The position numbers and the translations under genes were made by a program. 64,000 nucleotides of DNA. It comes from Flavobacterium sp. Lineage in GTDB: Bacteria; Bacteroidota; Bacteroidia; Flavobacteriales; Flavobacteriaceae. Of the stretch, positions 9,039-16,833 are shown piece by piece. The DNA lies in assembly GCA_027484725.1 (NCBI GenBank), contig JAIXSK010000006.1:9991-73990 (forward strand), in the 5' to 3' direction. The notes beneath the pieces are model-generated. The model saw only the letters and a list, made by a program, of their open reading frames with translations. It was not told where the DNA came from and made no database searches. Each line of letters starts with the position of its first letter. Position 1 is the first letter of the stretch.

Positions 9039-9962
9039 ATGAATTACACTTTGAATCAATTGCAGATTTTTTTAAAGATTGTGCAAACACAGAGCGTTAC
9101 CAAAGCCTCAGAAGAGCTGCACCTCACCCAGCCTGCAGTATCTATTCAGCTCAAAAATTTCCAAGATCAATTTGATATTCCACTCACTGAAATCATTGGC
9201 CGCAAAATGTACATCACTGATTTTGGCCAAGAGATTGCCCAAGCGGCCGAAAGTATTTTGCAACAGGTTCACGCCATCAATTACAAAACATCGGCCTTCA
9301 AAGGTCAACTCAGCGGCAGATTAAAAATTTCAGTAGTGTCAACCGGAAAGTATGTCATGCCCTATTTCTTGACCCATTTTATGAAGGAACACTCGGCCGT
9401 AGAATTGCTCATGGATGTAACCAATAAAAACAAAGTCATTGAAAGCTTAACCAACAATGAAGTCGACTTTGCTTTGGTGTCTATTTTACCCAAAAACCTA
9501 AAGGTTGAAAAGCTTGATTTGTTGCAAAACAAATTGTACTTGATCGGAAACGGCCAAACCGAGTTCAAAAAAAGAAGCAACCTTCAAGAAACATTTCAAG
9601 ATTTACCGCTGATATTCAGAGAAAAAGGCTCGGGCACCCGACAAACCATGGAGCAATTCATCACAAACAATGAACTATCGGTTTTAAAAAAAATGGAGTT
9701 GACCTCAAACGAAGCAGTAAAACAGGCTGTTTTGGCGGGGTTGGGATACTCAATCATGCCGCTTATTGGCATTAAGAATGAATTGCACAACCAAGAACTG
9801 CAAATCATACCGCTCAAAGGTTTTCCCATCAAAACCACTTGGAGTTTGATCTGGCTTAGCGGGAAAAAACACAGCCCCATATCACTGGCTTTGCTGGAAC
9901 ATCTTGAAAGTGAAAAATCAAATATTGTTGACGATAAGTTTAGTTGGTATGAACAATATTGA
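9039..9962 (+). CDS. LysR family transcriptional regulator
   Basis: N-terminal HTH (LQIFLKIVQTQSVTKASEELHLTQPAVSIQLKNFQ) followed by a LysR substrate-binding domain. It is divergent from icd. Confidence 0.9.
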   Translation: MNYTLNQLQIFLKIVQTQSVTKASEELHLTQPAVSIQLKNFQDQFDIPLTEIIGRKMYITDFGQEIAQAAESILQQVHAINYKTSAFKGQLSGRLKISVVSTGKYVMPYFLTHFMKEHSAVELLMDVTNKNKVIESLTNNEVDFALVSILPKNLKVEKLDLLQNKLYLIGNGQTEFKKRSNLQETFQDLPLIFREKGSGTRQTMEQFITNNELSVLKKMELTSNEAVKQAVLAGLGYSIMPLIGIKNELHNQELQIIPLKGFPIKTTWSLIWLSGKKHSPISLALLEHLESEKSNIVDDKFSWYEQY

Positions 9963-10002
9963 GTTTTAAAACTAACCAACAAATCACAAAATCATCAAAT
10001 CA

Positions 10003-10042
10003 ATTAGGGAAAATCCTCTCAAAAATTAGGGTTTCCCCTAAT
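10003..10042. promoter_or_regulatory. 40-nt element L with palindrome ATTAGGG-TTTC-CCCTAAT (candidate operator)
   Basis: ATTAGGGAAAATCCTCTCAAAAATTAGGGTTTCCCCTAAT has a second, similar copy at 10861-10900. Confidence 0.4.
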
Positions 10043-10129
10043 TGAATTTTATAAGATTATTACAATCTTGCACTACCGATTTACTCGTCGGTTGAACGTC
10101 TCTTTCATATTTAAAAAAGTAAAATTACA

Positions 10130-10373
10130 CGCCTTTAAAAAAGGAATCACGGCTTCGGGGAGCTGACTCCCCGGTCGAGATTCTGAAGTAGTTGGTTAGA
10201 AAATCCGAACACGTTTCGGTCTTGAAATTTTGGTTTAAAAATTTTGACAGGTACTTCTGTGCAGGTTTGATGCAGTGATACAGTGGTGGGTTCACAAATG
10301 ATAACACACGAATCAGAATGCCTGTCAAAATGTATGGTCCCCTGCTGATGGTTAACGGCAGGGGATTTTTTTT
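10130..10373 (+). ncRNA. Candidate structured small RNA, unclassified, ending in a strong intrinsic terminator
   Basis: The gap between convergent genes is about 400 nt and contains no credible ORF. Local hairpins are GGGGA-gctgac-TCCCC (10157-10172) and CCGAA-cacgt-TTCGG (10205-10219). An 11-bp long-range helix pairs ATTTTGACAGG (10240-10250) with CCTGTCAAAAT (10321-10331). A plus-strand terminator lies at 10339-10373. The 5' end is not defined. Confidence 0.35.
10339..10373 (+). terminator. Rho-independent terminator
   Basis: CCCCTGCTG-atggttaa-CGGCAGGGG is followed by ATTTTTTTT. Confidence 0.8.
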
Positions 10374-10387
10374 AATAATCCAAAGTT

Positions 10388-10834
10388 CTATAAAGCGTTT
10401 TCAAAAACATCTGCCGCATCCGGAAAAACAAAATCATTGTCTGAAAAATCTAAAACTTCGGCTGTGGGAATTCCTTTGAGTACCTCATCGACTCCTTTGC
10501 CCATGAGTAGTTCAGTGGTATATTTTCGGCTGTTGGCCAAAACAAATCCGTCTTTGGTGAGTCTGAAAAAATATTTGCCCGAGGCATTTTTGACTTTGGT
10601 AAATGCAAAGAGTTCAAGTTGGGTTTGTAGTGCCTCAATCATTTGTGCGCAATCTGATTTGTGCTTACAAACAATACTGGTAAAAATAGTCTTGCCCTTT
10701 CTGGAGGCAAAGACAAATTTATAATCGCGTTGCTCGTGCTTTTTGATGACGAAAGTTCCCAAATTTTGATTGAATTTGGGCAAAAATAGCCATTTGGATA
10801 GCTGTGCAAAATGTCTTTGAAATAGCTTATCCAA
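10388..10834 (-). CDS. YegP-like (DUF1508) double-repeat protein
   Basis: Two YegP-type repeats are present (YKFVFASRKGKTIFTS... and GKYFFRLTKDGFVLANS...). The track start at 10834 is a TTG. By analogy with YegP N-termini, the likely start is the in-frame TTG at 10762 (MGTFVIKKHEQRDYKFVF). Confidence 0.7.
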   Translation of the reverse strand: MDKLFQRHFAQLSKWLFLPKFNQNLGTFVIKKHEQRDYKFVFASRKGKTIFTSIVCKHKSDCAQMIEALQTQLELFAFTKVKNASGKYFFRLTKDGFVLANSRKYTTELLMGKGVDEVLKGIPTAEVLDFSDNDFVFPDAADVFENAL

Positions 10835-10860
10835 TAATTTTCAACAATAATCAGTAAAAA

Positions 10861-10900
10861 CTAGGGTAAATTCCTCAGAATAAATAGGGAAAACCCTAAT
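10861..10900. promoter_or_regulatory. 40-nt element R (copy of element L) in the divergent yegP-like/GH46-like intergenic region
   Basis: CTAGGGTAAATTCCTCAGAATAAATAGGGAAAACCCTAAT. Its 3' half is the reverse-complement equivalent of the palindrome in element L. Confidence 0.4.
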
Positions 10901-10957
10901 GCATTTACAGTTGTTTTTTATGACCTTTAACAATCACATTTTTAAATACTTATAGAT

Positions 10958-11644
10958 ATGCCAGTAAATACAACACAAAAAAAGAAAATCCTGCAAGTGG
11001 TTAATGTTTTTGAAACCGGTACACCCGCGGGTAAATATGACAACATCTCTATTTATGCCGACGGCCCGGTGGTTAATGGGGCAAAAATCAAACAGATTAC
11101 CTACGGCCGAAGCCAGACTACAGAGTTTGGCGTACTAAAAATTCTGGTACAGCAATACATTGCCAACCACGGACAATACGCCGCTGCGCTGCAACCTTAT
11201 GCCCAGCGCATCGGTCAAATGCCCAGTCTACACACAGATGTTGTATTAAAAAGTACACTTAAAAAAGCGGGTGCTGACCCGATTATGAAAACCACACAAG
11301 ACAGCTTTTTTGACCAACTTTACTATCAACCGGCTTATGCTTGGTATGCAGCCATGAAGTTTACTTTGCCACTGAGTATGTTGGTTATTTATGACAGCTT
11401 TATCCACAGCGGAAGTATTCTACCTTTTTTGAGAAACAGCTTTCCCGAATCAGTTCCTAAAAACGGGGGCGATGAAAAAACCTGGATCAAACAATATGTA
11501 GCCGCGCGTGACAATTGGTTGCGTCACCACAGCAATGCGGTATTGCGCAATACAGTATACAGAACCGAATGCTTTCAAGATGCTATTAATAAAAACAATT
11601 GGGATTTGGCTAAAAGTATCAATGCCAACGGAACGCTGATTTAA
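10958..11644 (+). CDS. Glycoside hydrolase family 46 (chitosanase)-like protein without a signal peptide
   Basis: The N-terminal VVNVFETG....Y..I....DG......ITYG pattern resembles the GH46 catalytic Glu/Asp region. There is no hydrophobic leader. The assignment is by motif memory only. Confidence 0.55.
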   Translation: MPVNTTQKKKILQVVNVFETGTPAGKYDNISIYADGPVVNGAKIKQITYGRSQTTEFGVLKILVQQYIANHGQYAAALQPYAQRIGQMPSLHTDVVLKSTLKKAGADPIMKTTQDSFFDQLYYQPAYAWYAAMKFTLPLSMLVIYDSFIHSGSILPFLRNSFPESVPKNGGDEKTWIKQYVAARDNWLRHHSNAVLRNTVYRTECFQDAINKNNWDLAKSINANGTLI

Positions 11645-11662
11645 ATACAACTGCAAACAAAT

Positions 11663-11695
11663 AAAAAGCCTCCGTATTGGAGGCTTTCTTTATTT
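11663..11695. terminator. Bidirectional intrinsic terminator between convergent genes
   Basis: AAAAAGCCTCC-gtatt-GGAGGCTTTCTTTATTTT has an A-run and a T-run on either side. Confidence 0.7.
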
Positions 11696-13663
11696 TATCA
11701 TCAATTTCTGCAATATGCTTTGACCATCCACTTGCAACTTGACCAGATACATGCCGGCAGGCAAAGCAAGCGGTATGTCTTCTTGGGGCTTTAGACTTGT
11801 TTGCAACAAACGGGCTCCAGCTAGGTTGTAGATTTCGACCTCGGCTTTGCTAAACGTACCCGAAAAAGCAATATGGTCTTGTGCCGGATTCGGAAGCATT
11901 ACGATTTGGGTTTGGTCAAATGTTGGATTAGATAAAGCCGCAAACCAAGCTTCACCTGTGTGTATCCCCCAAATATAATCGGCCAAAGCCGGCATATCAA
12001 TAAACGGGTTGCGGTTCATTTGCCAAGTGTAAATGTAATTGTTGCGGTTCATTTCATAATCGTCTGATGGGTCGGTGTGGTTCCATTGCAAAAGTGTGGT
12101 TAGATCACCAATTTGGCCAACGATGTTTTCATTCGGATTGCCATCAACTACATTGAGTCCGTTGTAGCGAACGGCCATATAAAAAACCGCACGTGCCACA
12201 TCGCCTTTCCAACTGCTGGTAGGATTGGCTACCGGTCCGTTGTAATCAACGCCATAATTGCGGTTGTTGCGCGAAGTGTTTTCTTGACCGTCAACCGCAC
12301 GCAAATGATGCGCATCTGAAAGTCCGGCGCCAATATCATCGGGGCCACTGGCCAACCAATTGTTGATGCCATCGGGCGGAAGATTGTATAAATCGCCAAA
12401 GTTTCCGCGTGACTGACAGTAAATATGCTCGCGGTTCCATTTGCCAATGATGCTGCTGCCGGTTTGATAATCAATTTTTGAACGCGGTTGCTCAGTATAA
12501 ATGAGCCAAACCTGGTTGTTGTTGAGCGGATTTTGATCAGCGGTCTTCAAGATGTTGATCACATCGCCATAAGTATGCGCTCGCACCACTGCCGGATTGG
12601 CAATAATATCTTGTAAAGCTTGTTTGAGCGCGGCGCCTGATTTACCTTCAAGCGAATCGTAATAACCCGTAGGTTTGTTGTTAGAAACTTGACCATAAGT
12701 GGGGCTGGCCGGAGTTCCGAAATTCAAAGTAGTAAAGTTAACATCATTGACCCGAACAATCGTATTGTTGTTGAGCACAATATAGTTGGACGGAACTGTT
12801 CCGATGGTGACTTCCATTTCTTCATCGCCATCATTTACCCCGTCATTGCGCAAAACCACATTGACCGTTGCAGAGCTCATTCCGGTAGGAATTACTACAT
12901 TCAAGGTTCCGGTATAATCTGAAGAATTAAAAGAACCGTTGTTGAGCGTAAAGCTAAAACTCAAAGCCGAGGTTACCGGCGTATCTGTGGTAAACGTAAA
13001 AGTCACTGCTTGTCCTTCGGTCAAAACACCGCTTGGACTGATGGTGGTAGTGATTCCATTATAAATGATGCCAGAACCGTCGTTGTTGGCGCGCGGCGTA
13101 GGTGTTTTAACTTCATAAGTTCCGTCGTTCTTGCGCTGAATCGATTCATTGGCCGCCTGTCCGTTGGCGTTTTCATTATAACTAACCGTCAATCCCCAAA
13201 CTGTCATCAAAGTAGTTGCCGAGGTAGTCGCGCTGTTGCTGTACACTAAAGCATCAATGAGGTTGGTGTTGGCAGCAGCGGTATTGGTTGGAAAATCAGT
13301 TGCATCGCCTTGATAAATAGCCACTCCGTCCGGGCCGTTTTGAATACTTCCGGCCGCTATGGTATAAGAAGCTGCCGGGTTCACGAGTGGATTGCCCAGC
13401 AAAATAATTCCGTTGCCATCAGTAACCAAACCATCTAAATCAATGGCTAAATAACTCAAATTGGTTGTACCAGATGAACTGGCATTAAAAAACACCAACA
13501 CATAACCATCAAGCGTCATAAAAGGCGTAGCCGATTTGAGTTCGATAAATTCTTTGACATCGGTAGAAGGCGTATCGGCATCAATTTCATTAATGACCAC
13601 TTGTGCTTGAACCGATGATAAAGCAGCTAAGAAAATAAACGCCGCAATGATTCTTTTGAACAT
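11690..13663 (-). CDS. Secreted endonuclease I family nuclease with N-terminal lamin-tail domain and T9SS C-terminal sorting domain
   Basis: Signal peptide; LTD-like VVINEIDADTPSTDVKEFIELKS; endonuclease I motifs NREHIYCQSRG and DAHHLRAVDGQENTSRNN; C-terminal LPNPAQDHIAF...LVKL sorting tail. Confidence 0.85.
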   Translation of the reverse strand: MFKRIIAAFIFLAALSSVQAQVVINEIDADTPSTDVKEFIELKSATPFMTLDGYVLVFFNASSSGTTNLSYLAIDLDGLVTDGNGIILLGNPLVNPAASYTIAAGSIQNGPDGVAIYQGDATDFPTNTAAANTNLIDALVYSNSATTSATTLMTVWGLTVSYNENANGQAANESIQRKNDGTYEVKTPTPRANNDGSGIIYNGITTTISPSGVLTEGQAVTFTFTTDTPVTSALSFSFTLNNGSFNSSDYTGTLNVVIPTGMSSATVNVVLRNDGVNDGDEEMEVTIGTVPSNYIVLNNNTIVRVNDVNFTTLNFGTPASPTYGQVSNNKPTGYYDSLEGKSGAALKQALQDIIANPAVVRAHTYGDVINILKTADQNPLNNNQVWLIYTEQPRSKIDYQTGSSIIGKWNREHIYCQSRGNFGDLYNLPPDGINNWLASGPDDIGAGLSDAHHLRAVDGQENTSRNNRNYGVDYNGPVANPTSSWKGDVARAVFYMAVRYNGLNVVDGNPNENIVGQIGDLTTLLQWNHTDPSDDYEMNRNNYIYTWQMNRNPFIDMPALADYIWGIHTGEAWFAALSNPTFDQTQIVMLPNPAQDHIAFSGTFSKAEVEIYNLAGARLLQTSLKPQEDIPLALPAGMYLVKLQVDGQSILQKLMIK

Positions 13664-13799
13664 AGAAATAGGTTTAACCCAGCAAAGATAGCGGTTTGAA
13701 GGTAATTAACTATGTAGAATGAATAATTAACATTTAAGCCGCTTGGTACCTGAACAACCCAACAATAATTGCGTAGTTTGTCTTGACTATTGTTTCAAC

Positions 13800-15371
13800 T
13801 TAATCTTTCACAACTTTTGAAGTAAAAGCACCTTGACTTGTATGCAATTCAACTAAGTACAAACCTTTAGCTAAAGCCGATAAATTGAGTGATTGTGCTA
13901 CTTCTTGACCTAAAACATCTAGCACACGTACTGAGTTGAGCTGGTTGTTGACCGGGAGCTCTACATGTAATACACCTGTAGTTGGATTCGGATATAAGCG
14001 CGGTTCAACGAATACAGCTTGAACCGTTCCCAAAGCTGGAAAATCATAACAATCTGACACCGAAGTACAACTACCCGTGACTAGTGAAACGGCATAACTT
14101 CCCGGATTCGTAGGCACAAACGTTTGACTCACTGCCCCAGGAACAGGCTGATTGTTGCTGTTGCAATCAAGCCATTGATATTGGGTTCCTGCTGTATCGC
14201 GCACCGCTGTAAGCGAAGTATCTGAAACAGTAACCTCATTGTTGAACACATTTTGCGAATCAGTAACCACCACATTCAAACTCATTTGCTCGGTAACCGA
14301 CGGCACACAAAAAGTATTGATGGCCGAAAGCGTTACGGTGTAAACACCCGGGCACTGATAAACATGCGTTGGATTGGGGTTGGTGGACGTTCCGCCATCG
14401 CCAAAATTCCATTGCAATTGCTGATAGTTTTGCGCTGCGGCGATAAAAGAAACCGAGGCCGACAGTGTGTTTGGGTCATAATCAGGCAATACAGGCACAT
14501 AACCAAACATAGCGCTGGGTTGTAAACATCTTTGAATGTCTACATAGGTAATTTGGGTGGGCACCCAAAGACCATTGATTTCATTACCCGTCACTTCAAG
14601 CACCGGAACATAATATTGTGGGTCAAACCATTTGTAACTGATGGTAGTTTGTACCGTATTGGTAGGCCCGGCATCGCCCGTAATGGTTACATTAGACACC
14701 ACAGTGGTTTTCATTTTCAAAGTACTAGCAAAAGTTCCGTACGGGGTAACCAAACTCCCCCAGCCTTCAACCAAGTTGGTTCTTTGGTTGTCTGTTTGGT
14801 ATATAATCGGAATGCCCAAAGCGTTTAAATCAACTGTAAATGAACTCGGGTTGGTGTAATTGTCGTTGTATTGAATCGGGAATTTATATTCTTGATCAGG
14901 TACGGTATAACTCACCGTAACCGGAACCGTATTTGCGCCCACTGTGAGCTGTGCGCCAAACATTTTGTTGGTGAGTGCGGTATTGGTCTTTTGGTAGTGG
15001 CTGACCACATTGGTGAGTCCGTAACCGCCCAATATAGCACCATCGCGTTGCGCCAAGGCCAGATTAAATTGACTGTTGAAGTTAGAGTTGCAATTAAAAA
15101 TATATCCATTGGTAAAACACCACGAAGTTTTATAGCCTGAGTTATTCGGGTCTGACCATACTTGCGTGTCTTGTGAGGTGACATCAAGCAGCGGATAATT
15201 CCACGCATAATTGGTACCGGTTTGCGTAAAATCATAACCGGCAGTGTTGAGTTGCGTTGAACTCAAAATAATATTTGAACCAATACCGGCAAAATTACTG
15301 CTGGTATAGGTAATTTGACCAAAAACAGTCGTGAGCCCCAAACAGGTAAGCAAAAGATATAAGTGTTTCAT
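13800..15371 (-). CDS. T9SS-sorted secreted protein with a PKD domain
   Basis: Signal peptide; PKD motif WNFGDGGTSTNPNPTHVYQCPGVYTVTLSA; C-terminal YPNPTTGVLHVEL...GLYLVEL tail. Confidence 0.8.
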   Translation of the reverse strand: MKHLYLLLTCLGLTTVFGQITYTSSNFAGIGSNIILSSTQLNTAGYDFTQTGTNYAWNYPLLDVTSQDTQVWSDPNNSGYKTSWCFTNGYIFNCNSNFNSQFNLALAQRDGAILGGYGLTNVVSHYQKTNTALTNKMFGAQLTVGANTVPVTVSYTVPDQEYKFPIQYNDNYTNPSSFTVDLNALGIPIIYQTDNQRTNLVEGWGSLVTPYGTFASTLKMKTTVVSNVTITGDAGPTNTVQTTISYKWFDPQYYVPVLEVTGNEINGLWVPTQITYVDIQRCLQPSAMFGYVPVLPDYDPNTLSASVSFIAAAQNYQQLQWNFGDGGTSTNPNPTHVYQCPGVYTVTLSAINTFCVPSVTEQMSLNVVVTDSQNVFNNEVTVSDTSLTAVRDTAGTQYQWLDCNSNNQPVPGAVSQTFVPTNPGSYAVSLVTGSCTSVSDCYDFPALGTVQAVFVEPRLYPNPTTGVLHVELPVNNQLNSVRVLDVLGQEVAQSLNLSALAKGLYLVELHTSQGAFTSKVVKD

Positions 15372-15423
15372 TTTGTTGTATTTTGAAGCGTAAAGATAGA
15401 AAGTTTGTAGTAGAAAGCAAATG

Positions 15424-15478
15424 AGAAGCTAAGACCGTGAGTGCCTGAGCGGCTGAGAAGCTGTAGGTTAAAGCGAAT
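15424..15478. repeat. CTGAG-rich intergenic repeat (family B)
   Basis: GTGAGTGCCTGAGCGGCTGAGAAGCTG has related copies at 20217-20265, 22004-22040 and, inverted, 26324-26361. Confidence 0.6.
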
Positions 15479-15596
15479 TGCTTCATTGCAAAATAAAAAT
15501 ACTGGTAAACAGATGTTTAGAATATTTTATTACATTTGAAATACCGCTACTAGCATGCGTTATTTAGCGATCTTAAAAGCCCTAAAAAAGTGCATC

Positions 15597-16769
15597 ATGA
15601 AAACAGTAATCCATCTACTCACGATTCTTTGTTTTTCAATAGTAAATGCACAATGGCAACCCCTCTACTCAACAGCTACCGAAGACTTAAACGATGTACA
15701 ATGCCTTACCGAAGAGGTGGTTTATGCCGCCGGGAATGCCGGCACTTTGATAAAAACAGTCAATGGTGGTAATTCTTGGAGTGCTATCAATACCAATATT
15801 ACCGATGACCTAGTTAAAATTTATTTTGTTGATGAAAACAAAGGCTACGCTTTAACACGAGTGCCTTTTAGCTCTATTCAATCTTTACTCATAACTACAG
15901 ATGCCGGTTTGAGTTGGAACGTGATTAACAACAGCCCTGAACTCAGAGATTTTGCTGTAACTCCTGATGCAATACTATACCTTACCGCTGAAGGTATTTT
16001 ATATCAATCGACTGATTCAGGAGTTTCGTTTACCGCAGTGAACAATACCGAAGGTTTGGGTAAAATTGAATTCATCAACCCACAAATTGGCTTTGCATAC
16101 GGCAATGGTCAACTCAAGAAAACCAGTGACGGTGGTTTGAATTGGTCTTCCATATTTTCATCAGACAGCATCAGAACATTTAACTTTTACAACGATACTG
16201 TTGGATATGTATATACCGACAATGGTCTGTACAAAACCCAAAACGGTGGATTGAGCTTTGAACACTTGTTTAGTTTTACGCCTACAATGTATGCTTTGTA
16301 TGCCTCTAGCCCCGGGGTCATTTGGGGCAGCCCGCAAAGTTGTCTACTTGATTTTTCAGAATGTTATGCCTTTTGTGGGCAATCGAGCAGTAGTAATTTT
16401 GAATGGCAGCAAGATATGCCTCAAATACAAGCCTATGACTTTGTTCATCCTAATCTGGGCTATGCCGTCGGTCAGATGGGCATTATTTTTAAAAACACTA
16501 CCGGCTTACTTCAAACCAATTCAGTAGAAAAAAATGAAGTGAAGGTGGCACCGAATCCGGCTACAGATTACATTAATATTGATGCAACCTTGTTGGGCTC
16601 TGAAGTTGAGATTCAAATTACGAACAACCTGGGGAAAAGCATTTTATCACAAACATTGAAAACCCAACAACCTATTGTGCTTTCAACAACCCAATGGCCT
16701 AGCGGGTTTTATTTCATTAAGCTAAGTTCGGCAGTTCAATCAAAAACTTTTAAACTCATCATCCGTTAA
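15597..16769 (+). CDS. BNR/Asp-box beta-propeller (Ycf48-like) protein with T9SS sorting domain
   Basis: Repeated S.DGG..W / T.NGG.SW motifs; signal peptide starting at MKTVIHLL (ATG 15597, preferred over 15555); C-terminal APNPATDYINI...GFYFIKL tail. Confidence 0.75.
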   Translation: MKTVIHLLTILCFSIVNAQWQPLYSTATEDLNDVQCLTEEVVYAAGNAGTLIKTVNGGNSWSAINTNITDDLVKIYFVDENKGYALTRVPFSSIQSLLITTDAGLSWNVINNSPELRDFAVTPDAILYLTAEGILYQSTDSGVSFTAVNNTEGLGKIEFINPQIGFAYGNGQLKKTSDGGLNWSSIFSSDSIRTFNFYNDTVGYVYTDNGLYKTQNGGLSFEHLFSFTPTMYALYASSPGVIWGSPQSCLLDFSECYAFCGQSSSSNFEWQQDMPQIQAYDFVHPNLGYAVGQMGIIFKNTTGLLQTNSVEKNEVKVAPNPATDYINIDATLLGSEVEIQITNNLGKSILSQTLKTQQPIVLSTTQWPSGFYFIKLSSAVQSKTFKLIIR

Positions 16770-16776
16770 AAGCTAT

Positions 16777-16833
16777 CTAAAGGCGTCAGCCGTTTCCTAA
16801 AGCGAAGCGTGTCTACAGGCGCAGCCGTGTCTC
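16777..16833. repeat. Intergenic repeat family A (AAGGCGTYAGCCGT..CCTAAAGCGAAGC units)
   Basis: CTAAAGGCGTCAGCCGTTTCCTAAAGCGAAGCG... The same units are iterated at 20376-20494. Confidence 0.65.

Noticed and set aside
10157-10185. GGGGAGCTGACTCCCCGGTCGAGATTC superficially resembles the 5' end of tmRNA (GGGGCUGA...UUCGAC).
   Set aside because: The following ~400 nt contain no tRNA-like T arm (GGTTCGAATCC), no CCA-proximal acceptor partner and no tag reading frame. The region ends in an ordinary terminator after ~200 nt.
10125-10328. A 67-aa minus-strand ORF inside the RNA-candidate region.
   Set aside because: There is no start context, the composition is odd, and it is antisense to a region closed by a plus-strand terminator. 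A decayed-gene origin for the region cannot be fully excluded.
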